A stretch of DNA of 43,053 nucleotides from Eubacteriales bacterium. GTDB taxonomy: Bacteria > Bacillota > Clostridia > Oscillospirales > CAG-272. A program made the translations under genes and the position numbers. The notes below the pieces were generated by a model. That model was given only the letters and a program-made list of their open reading frames with translations, ran no database searches and was not told the origin of the DNA. Of the stretch, positions 36,820-43,053 are shown piece by piece (position 1 is the stretch's first letter; the number at the start of each line of letters is the position of its first letter). The stretch is from assembly GCA_045580065.1 (NCBI GenBank), contig JAZNNA010000020.1:1-43053 (forward strand), written 5' to 3'.

Positions 36820-37344
36820 TTAAGCAAAAAGTGTCACCAAGGGCGACCAAATAAAATAAAGCATGGATGAAAGGGCTGCAAAAAAGGCAGCCTCAAGCAA
36901 AAAGTGCAAAAATTGGCGGGAGCATAGCAGCTGCATATCGCGTTGCCACACGCTGCCGGCAAAAAGACAGCTACGCGCCGCTGCGGTGGCAAATAAAAAT
37001 AGCGAAAACGCCAGATAGAAAAAGGCGGCGTTAAAGGCAAGCACGCCTTGTGTGGAAAGCGCAACGGATGCCACAAGAGAGAAAAACCAGGAGGCATCAA
37101 AAAAGGCCTTGCCAACACAAAGTAAAAACAAAAACGGCTTTGCGACCGTAAGAATTCCGGCAAGCAGCGCAAGCAGCACAAAGGCGCTCTCGCCCACCCC
37201 CACCTGCGTGATACCCTGCGGCAAAAGATCGCTGCGATGCATCAGAAACGCAACGGCAAGCGCCGCGGCATAGCAAAGAAAAAAGCGAAAGAACAGGCGC
37301 GCCACTGCGTTTTTTCGCGCGGCTCCATCTATTTGTAACGCCAT
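36820..37344 (-). CDS. Hypothetical membrane protein, possibly SpoIIM-like
   Basis: About 5 TM segments, RBS GAGGTG, sigma-E-like promoter upstream; the SpoIIM link is inference only. Confidence 0.65.
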   Translation of the reverse strand: MALQIDGAARKNAVARLFFRFFLCYAAALAVAFLMHRSDLLPQGITQVGVGESAFVLLALLAGILTVAKPFLFLLCVGKAFFDASWFFSLVASVALSTQGVLAFNAAFFYLAFSLFLFATAAARSCLFAGSVWQRDMQLLCSRQFLHFLLEAAFFAALSSMLYFIWSPLVTLFA

Positions 37345-37361
37345 AAAGATCACCTCACCCT

Positions 37362-37388
37362 ACCTTATGACAAGACAAAAGGGGATAT
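37362..37388 (-). promoter_or_regulatory. Putative sigma-E mother-cell promoter
   Basis: Minus strand cATA-16 bp-CATAAGGT fits ATA-N16-18-CATAnnnT. Confidence 0.55.
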
Positions 37389-37407
37389 GTGGCGATCCCA
37401 CCACTTT

Positions 37408-37436
37408 ATTTTAGCATAAAGTGCTGCAAAATGCAA
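37408..37436 (-). promoter_or_regulatory. sigma-A promoter with extended -10
   Basis: Minus strand TTGCAT-17 bp-TAAAAT, with TGc immediately before the -10. Confidence 0.65.
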
Positions 37437-37475
37437 GAAAAAGCCGCAAAATTCGCACAAAGTTCAAAATATAGA

Positions 37476-37502
37476 AAAAAGGGCTGCGCCGCAGCCCTTT
37501 TT
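37476..37502 (-). terminator. Terminator of clpX
   Basis: AAAAAGGGCTGC-GCC-GCAGCCCTTTTT, 8 bp past the clpX stop. Confidence 0.85.
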
Positions 37503-37510
37503 CTTATGCC

Positions 37511-38830
37511 TCAAGCATCCTCGGCATCCAGCTCGCGCAAGAGGATATAGCGCGGCTTTTCCTTTCCTTCAACGGCCTCTTTGGTGACCTGCACCTCGGC
37601 AACGTCCTTGCGCGCGGGGATCTCATACATAGTGGAAAGCATCAGGTTTTCCATAATGGCGCGCAGACCGCGAGCACCCGTGTTGCGCTCTATCGCCTGC
37701 TTGGCGATCGCCTTCATGGCATCGTCGGTAAAGCTGAGCCTTACGCCGTCCATTTCAAACAGCTTGGTATACTGCCTCACAAGCGAGCTTTTCGGCTCGC
37801 TGATGATGCGGACCAGCGCTTCTTCATCCAGATCCGAAAGCGAAACGATCACGGGGATACGCCCGACAAGCTCGGGGATCAGGCCATATTTTACAATATC
37901 GTGGGGCAGAGCATCCTTGAAAACGCCTGCCTTCTTTTTCTCCTCGCTGCGCAGGATCTCGCCGCCAAAACCAACGGTCTGATGGCCCTTTCTGCGCTCG
38001 ATGATCTTATCCAGCCCCTCAAAGGCGCCACCGCAGATAAACAAAATATTTTTGGTGTTGATCTGGATAAACTCCTGGTTCGGGTGCTTTCTGCCGCCCT
38101 GCGGGGGAACGTTGGCAACCGTGCCCTCAAGGATCTTCAGCAGGGCTTGCTGCACTCCCTCGCCGGAAACGTCGCGCGTGATCGAGCGATTTTCGCTTTT
38201 TCTTGCGATCTTGTCGATCTCGTCGATATAAATAATACCGCGCTCGGCAAGCGAGATATCAAAATCCGCAGCCTGGATCAAGCGCAAAAGGATATTTTCC
38301 ACGTCCTCACCCACGTAACCGGCCTCGGTCAACGTGGTTGCATCTGCAATGGCAAAGGGGACCTGCAGAGTTTTGGCAAGAGTTTGCGCAAGATATGTCT
38401 TGCCAACACCGGTGGGACCAAGCAGCAGCACGTTGCTTTTTTGCAGATCGATGCTATCCTGCGCCTCGGGCTCTTTTTTGCCCTTTTTACCCTTTTTAGG
38501 GCTATTTTGCTCGCTGTACAGCACGCGCTTATAGTGATTGTATACCGCAACCGAACGCGCCACCTTGGCATCATCCTGCCCGATCACGTATTCGTCAAGA
38601 ACGGCCTTGATCTGCGTGGGGCGGGGGAGAGTGTCCAACGTAAAGGCGCCGGCGCTTTGCTCCTGCTCCAGTGTTTCGTTGATCAGATCCGAGCAGGCCT
38701 CAACGCAATAGTTACAAATATAAATACCGGTGGGGGAAGGGATCAGAAAATCCACTTGATTTTCGTTTCTTGCACAAAAGGAGCAATGACGAAGGCTGTG
38801 GCCGCCCTTATTTGTGGTGGAATTTGCCAT
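37511..38830 (-). CDS. clpX: ATP-dependent Clp protease ATP-binding subunit
   Basis: CSFC/ICNYC zinc finger, [21 protein letters not shown] loop, GARGLR. Confidence 0.97.
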   Translation of the reverse strand: MANSTTNKGGHSLRHCSFCARNENQVDFLIPSPTGIYICNYCVEACSDLINETLEQEQSAGAFTLDTLPRPTQIKAVLDEYVIGQDDAKVARSVAVYNHYKRVLYSEQNSPKKGKKGKKEPEAQDSIDLQKSNVLLLGPTGVGKTYLAQTLAKTLQVPFAIADATTLTEAGYVGEDVENILLRLIQAADFDISLAERGIIYIDEIDKIARKSENRSITRDVSGEGVQQALLKILEGTVANVPPQGGRKHPNQEFIQINTKNILFICGGAFEGLDKIIERRKGHQTVGFGGEILRSEEKKKAGVFKDALPHDIVKYGLIPELVGRIPVIVSLSDLDEEALVRIISEPKSSLVRQYTKLFEMDGVRLSFTDDAMKAIAKQAIERNTGARGLRAIMENLMLSTMYEIPARKDVAEVQVTKEAVEGKEKPRYILLRELDAEDA

Positions 38831-38853
38831 AATTACCTCAAAAAAGCTTGGAA

Positions 38854-39462
38854 TTAAGCGCGGCGCGCCAAGACCTTGTCAACAAGTCCGTATTCCAGGG
38901 CCTGCTGCGCAGTCATAAAGTTATCGCGATCGGTATCTCTTGCCACCTGCTCGATGCTCTTGCCGGTGTTTTCGGCAAGGATGCGATTGAGGGTATCTCT
39001 GGTGCGCAGGATAAGATCCGCCTGGATCTTGATATCCGAGGCCTGACCCTTTGCACCGCCGAGAGGCTGGTGGATCATGATCTCGCTGTTGGGCAGGGCA
39101 AGGCGCTTGCCCTTTGCACCGGAGGAAAGCAGAAATGCACCCATAGAGGCCGCCATACCGATACAGATGGTAGAAACGTCGCACTTAATGTAGTTCATCG
39201 TATCGTAGATCGCCATACCCGCGGTAACCGAGCCACCGGGGCTGTTGATATAAAAGGAAATATCCTTGTCGGGATCCTGTGCCTCAAGATACAGCATCTG
39301 CGCCACAACAAGAGAGGCAGTGGTGTCGTTGACCTCGTCGGACAAAAAGATCACACGGTCGTTGAGCAGGCGGGAAAAAATGTCAAACGAGCGCTCGCCG
39401 TGACCGGTCTGCTCGATAACCATGGGGACAAGAGCATTGTTACGGGTAAAATCCATCATCAT
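38854..39462 (-). CDS. clpP: ATP-dependent Clp protease proteolytic subunit
   Basis: [27 protein letters not shown]; ATG 39462 after GGAGGT. Confidence 0.97.
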   Translation of the reverse strand: MMMDFTRNNALVPMVIEQTGHGERSFDIFSRLLNDRVIFLSDEVNDTTASLVVAQMLYLEAQDPDKDISFYINSPGGSVTAGMAIYDTMNYIKCDVSTICIGMAASMGAFLLSSGAKGKRLALPNSEIMIHQPLGGAKGQASDIKIQADLILRTRDTLNRILAENTGKSIEQVARDTDRDNFMTAQQALEYGLVDKVLARRA

Positions 39463-39506
39463 AAGATCAAAAACCTCCATTTTTCGATTTTTTCTATAAT
39501 AGCAGG

Positions 39507-39531
39507 GTAGCCGTAACAAAAGTTGCGGCTA
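39507..39531 (-). terminator. Hairpin between tig and clpP (partial terminator or mRNA stabiliser)
   Basis: GTAGCCGTAAC-AAAA-GTTGCGGCTAC, no strong adjacent U-tract. Confidence 0.45.
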
Positions 39532-39550
39532 CGTTGCTTGATTGCGTTTA

Positions 39551-40858
39551 TTACTCTGCCTTGGGAGCCTCGGGAGCGACGTCGGTAACGACAGCCTTCT
39601 CACGAACCAGATCCATAGCCTTCTTTACGCGCATATCGTCAGCGATCGCATCGGTGGGAACGCTATCCTTGACCTGATCAACGGGCATGTTGTAAGCGTT
39701 GGCAATGCGCTCGATCTCGGCGTTGATATCCTCCTCGGTTGCCTCAAGCTTTTCAAGCTCAGCAATCTTCTCAAGTGCAAGGCGGGCCTTTACCTGACGC
39801 TCTGCCTGAGGACGGAACTGCTCGCGCAGGCCGTCGAGGGTGAGGCCGGTATACTTGAGGTAGGTGTTAAGATCAAGACCGGACATACGAAGTCTGTTGT
39901 CGTAGTCGCGCAGGAAGTTCTCGGTCTCTGCATCAAACATGGGGGCAGGGATCTCAGCCTGCAGCTTTTCGATCAGCGCATCAACCAGCTGCTCGTCAAG
40001 GGCAGTTGCAGCGGCATTCTCATGTCTTTTTTCAATTTTAGCCTTCAGATCGGCACGGTATTCAGCCATAGTGTCAAATTCAGAAACGTCCTTGGCAAAA
40101 TCATCGTCAAGCTCGGGGAGCTCTACGTGAGTCAGGGCGTGCAGCTTGCACTTGAACACAGCCTCTTTACCTGCAAGCTCCTTGGAGTGGTACTCGGTGG
40201 GGAAGGTTACGTTTACGTCGAACTCCTCGTCGATCTTCTTGCCAACGATCTGCTCCTCAAAGCCGGGGATAAAGGTATTAGAGCCAAGCTTCAGGGCGTA
40301 ATCCTCGCCCTTGCCGCCCTCAAATGCTACGCCGTCGGCAAAGCCCTCGTAGTCGATCACAGCGGTGTCGCCCATCTCGGCGGCACGGCCAAGAACCTCG
40401 GTCTCGCGGGAGTTGCGCTCGCGAACGGTCTGCAGCTCGGCATCGATCTCGGCATCCTCAACGGGTGCAAGGGTGCGGTTGGCTGCAAGGCCGAGATAAT
40501 CGGCAATGGCAACCTCGGGCTTTACATAAACCTTGGCGGAGAGAACAAGACCCTCATCGTCAAGAGAAACAATATCGAACTCGGGCTGAGAAACGGGGGA
40601 AATACCGGACTCGGTCACGGCCTCGCTATAAGCGCCGGGGATGATGTCGTTAATAGCGGTTTCGTAGAACACGCCCTTACCGTACATTTTTTCGATAATG
40701 GAACGGGGAGCCTTACCCTTGCGGAAGCCGGGAACGCTCATCTTTTTGCCGTCTTTCTGATAGGCCTTGTTTACAGCCTCGTCAAAAGTGGCCTTGTCAA
40801 CCGAGATATGCAGTTCGTACTGGCTATTCTCAAGTTTTTCAGCTTTTACCAATTTCAT
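39551..40858 (-). CDS. tig: Trigger factor
   Basis: VPGFRKGKAP ribosome-binding signature, FKBP domain (FIPGFEEQ, VTFPTEYH); ATG 40858 after GGAGGA. Confidence 0.97.
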   Translation of the reverse strand: MKLVKAEKLENSQYELHISVDKATFDEAVNKAYQKDGKKMSVPGFRKGKAPRSIIEKMYGKGVFYETAINDIIPGAYSEAVTESGISPVSQPEFDIVSLDDEGLVLSAKVYVKPEVAIADYLGLAANRTLAPVEDAEIDAELQTVRERNSRETEVLGRAAEMGDTAVIDYEGFADGVAFEGGKGEDYALKLGSNTFIPGFEEQIVGKKIDEEFDVNVTFPTEYHSKELAGKEAVFKCKLHALTHVELPELDDDFAKDVSEFDTMAEYRADLKAKIEKRHENAAATALDEQLVDALIEKLQAEIPAPMFDAETENFLRDYDNRLRMSGLDLNTYLKYTGLTLDGLREQFRPQAERQVKARLALEKIAELEKLEATEEDINAEIERIANAYNMPVDQVKDSVPTDAIADDMRVKKAMDLVREKAVVTDVAPEAPKAE

Positions 40859-40897
40859 TTTTTCATCCTCCAGAGATTGAAATTTCACACAAAGTAT

Positions 40898-40926
40898 ATT
40901 TTACTAATTTTTTCAAGTTTTGTCAA
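40898..40926 (-). promoter_or_regulatory. sigma-A promoter of tig-clpP-clpX
   Basis: Minus strand TTGACA-17 bp-TAAAAT. Confidence 0.85.
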
Positions 40927-40947
40927 GTGCTTTTCTTTAAATAATTA

Positions 40948-41682
40948 TTAATTATAAGAAAGATTTACGCGGTGCGGAATAAATTGCAAAAAATCCGACG
41001 AGATCAGCGTGTAGGTAACACCCTCAAATTCCTCGGATCTCGGCAGAGCGTATTGCCCGTGGATATGCCCGTAATAGCAGCGGCGCACGCCGTACTGCTG
41101 CAAAAGGTCAACGATCTCGCGGCAAACAAGCGAGTTCCACACAGGGGGGAAGTGCAAAAACACCACGATCTCCTTCTGTGCATGCTCACTCGTGCGCAAA
41201 GCCATAGCGGCATCCAGCGAAAGCTTTAAGCGCTGTGCCTCGCGGTTGCGGATCTTGGCAAAATCCACCTCGCCAACTGTCAGCTGCTTTTCTTCTTCCA
41301 TAAACCAGCCGCGCGTGCCGCACAGGATCAGATCCTCAACGACGTAAGCGTTGTTGTAGAGCAGGGAAAGTGAGTGAAAGCTGTTTTCCTCAAAAAAACG
41401 GTGCAGCTTTGTGGCGGTCTCCCACCAAAAATCGTGATTTCCCTTGCCGATCAGCTTTTTTCCGGGGAGAGCATCAAGAAAGGCAAAGTCCGCGCGCGCT
41501 TCTTTCAACTTCATCGCCCAGGAGATATCGCCCGGCAAAACAACGGTATCACCGTCGCTTACCACGGCGCGCCAATTTTTGCTGATTTTTTCGGTATACC
41601 CTTGCCAGCGCGACCCGAAGATATCCATCGGGTGATCGGTTGCGCAGGATAGGTGCAGATCCGCTATGGTAAAGATCGCCAT
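40948..41682 (-). CDS. Calcineurin-like metallophosphoesterase
   Basis: ADLH, PGDISW, KGNHD, HFPP, YGHIH; ATG 41682 after AAAGGAG. Confidence 0.92.
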   Translation of the reverse strand: MAIFTIADLHLSCATDHPMDIFGSRWQGYTEKISKNWRAVVSDGDTVVLPGDISWAMKLKEARADFAFLDALPGKKLIGKGNHDFWWETATKLHRFFEENSFHSLSLLYNNAYVVEDLILCGTRGWFMEEEKQLTVGEVDFAKIRNREAQRLKLSLDAAMALRTSEHAQKEIVVFLHFPPVWNSLVCREIVDLLQQYGVRRCYYGHIHGQYALPRSEEFEGVTYTLISSDFLQFIPHRVNLSYN

Positions 41683-41707
41683 CGGCCTCTCCTTTCCTTG
41701 AAAAATA

Positions 41708-41737
41708 GAATAAAAAGCGAAAAAACAGCCCATACTT
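41708..41737 (+). promoter_or_regulatory. sigma-G-type promoter of DUF1540 gene
   Basis: GAATA-18 bp-CATACTT. Confidence 0.7.
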
Positions 41738-41765
41738 TAAGTATCTCACGAAAGGAGATAAACAC

Positions 41766-41951
41766 ATGGAAAACAAGGATATGAACTGCTGCAGCGAGCG
41801 CGTGAACAAGGGCATCAGCTGCGACGTAAAGAACTGCCAGTATCACGAGGGGGATTGCTATTGCGTAGCGCAGAAAATTGCGGTAGGCCCCAGCTTTGCC
41901 ACCTCCAGCACCGACACCGTTTGTGCCACCTTCAAGCCCAAGAAGGATTAA
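41766..41951 (+). CDS. DUF1540 family small Cys-rich protein
   Basis: C.V.NC.YH....C.A..I.V...T.CATF pattern; RBS AAAGGAG. Confidence 0.88.
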   Translation: MENKDMNCCSERVNKGISCDVKNCQYHEGDCYCVAQKIAVGPSFATSSTDTVCATFKPKKD

Positions 41952-41961
41952 GACAATCCTT

Positions 41962-41986
41962 GCGGCAGCGCCAATGGCGCTGCCGC
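41962..41986. terminator. Terminator hairpin between convergent DUF1540 and thrC
   Basis: GCGGCAGCGCC-AAT-GGCGCTGCCGC followed by TTATTTT. Confidence 0.8.
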
Positions 41987-41991
41987 TTATT

Positions 41992-43053
41992 TTACTTTTC
42001 CACGTAAGCGGAAACGGCGTTCCACATCTTGTCAGAATCTACCACGTCGGTAAAGCGGACGGTGCGCTTACCAATACCGCAAAGAGGATAGGGGATCTCT
42101 GTCTTGGTGTTTGCAGAAAGAGTATCCAGCGCTGCCAGCGCGTCGGCAGGCTTTTCGCCGTAAAGCGAGGCGTAAACGTCAGCGGCAAACTTATAGGGGC
42201 TGGCGGTAGAAGCCACAACCATGGGCCTTTGATCACCACTTTCCTCAATGTATTGCTTGGCGGCGGAAAGTGCAACGGCGGTGTGCGTATCGGCAAGGTA
42301 GTTGTACTTTTTCATGATCTCACGGATGGTGGCAGCGGTTTTTTCCTCGTCGGCAAAATAGCCCTTGAAGGAAGCATCGATCGCAGCCTTGACGTCTGCA
42401 TCCACGGTGTAAGCGCCGTTTTTATTCAGCGCGGCCATATAAGCGGCAGTGCGCTCGGCGCCTGCGGTGAGATACAGCAGTCTTTCCAGGTTGCTGGAGA
42501 TCAGAATATCCATCGAGGGGGACATGGTAAGATGGAAGGCACGGTTGCGGTCGTAGGTGCCGGTGGCAAGAAAGTCTGTAAGGATATTATTCTTGTTAGA
42601 GGCACAGATCAGCTTGTCGATGGGCAGCCCCATCAGCTTGGCGAGATACGCAGCAAAAATGTTGCCGAAGTTGCCGGTGGGCACCGTTACGTTCATCTTA
42701 TCGCCCATCTTGATGCTGCCCTTATTCAGCAGATCGCAATACGCGGAAACGTAATATACGATCTGGGGGGCAAGTCTGCCCCAGTTGATCGAGTTGGCAG
42801 AGGAGAGGAAATATCCCTTTTCGTCCAATGCCTTTGCGGCTGCGAGATCGGAAAAGATCTTTTTCACGCCGGTCTGTGCATCGTCAAAGTTGCCGTTGAT
42901 GGCGCAAACGTAAACGTTATCGCCGGTCTGCGTCTGCATCTGCAGCTTTTGCACGCGGCTTACGCCGTTTTCGGGGTAGAACACGGCAATTTTGATGCGA
43001 TCGATATCCTTATAGCCCTCAAGTGCAGCCTTTCCGGTGTCGCCGGAGGTGGC
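41992..43053 (-). CDS. thrC: Threonine synthase (5' end outside window)
   Basis: ATSGDTGKAA at window edge, GNFDDAQ, SANSINWGRL, VPTGNFGNI, SPSMDILISSNLERL, STASPYKF. Confidence 0.95.
   Translation of the reverse strand, partial: ATSGDTGKAALEGYKDIDRIKIAVFYPENGVSRVQKLQMQTQTGDNVYVCAINGNFDDAQTGVKKIFSDLAAAKALDEKGYFLSSANSINWGRLAPQIVYYVSAYCDLLNKGSIKMGDKMNVTVPTGNFGNIFAAYLAKLMGLPIDKLICASNKNNILTDFLATGTYDRNRAFHLTMSPSMDILISSNLERLLYLTAGAERTAAYMAALNKNGAYTVDADVKAAIDASFKGYFADEEKTAATIREIMKKYNYLADTHTAVALSAAKQYIEESGDQRPMVVASTASPYKFAADVYASLYGEKPADALAALDTLSANTKTEIPYPLCGIGKRTVRFTDVVDSDKMWNAVSAYVEK

Noticed and set aside
40859-40947. CtsR or HrcA (CIRCE) operator upstream of tig-clpP-clpX
   Set aside because: No GTCAAA direct repeat or CIRCE inverted repeat; the single TGTCAA is the -35 box

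Overview
A 43-kb core-genome window from a spore-forming Clostridia-class bacterium (Oscillospiraceae/Ruminococcaceae-like, inferred from gene content). Housekeeping genes: a type IIA topoisomerase A subunit (ParC-like), sua5, prfA, M18 aminopeptidase, coaE, murB, whiA, dnaE, mnmA, trmL, secA, pcrA, tig-clpP-clpX and partial thrC. I saw no mobile element, CRISPR array, rRNA or tRNA. Three things stand out. (1) A 47-codon ORF missing from the ORF track (30885-31028) encodes a 77% Gln/Asn microprotein with a near-consensus sigma-G promoter, strong RBS, 5' hairpin and its own terminator; it is a candidate clostridial counterpart of gamma-type SASPs, or a prion-like peptide. (2) An eight-gene hydrolase/transporter run behind trmL-mnmA includes a carbon-nitrogen hydrolase/glycerophosphodiester phosphodiesterase fusion. 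(3) Several genes with sporulation-type promoters are scattered through the window (class A PBP behind an RBS-occluding hairpin, SpoIIM-like protein, DUF1540), alongside pdaA and a second deacetylase. All calls come from reading motifs by eye; no database searches were run.
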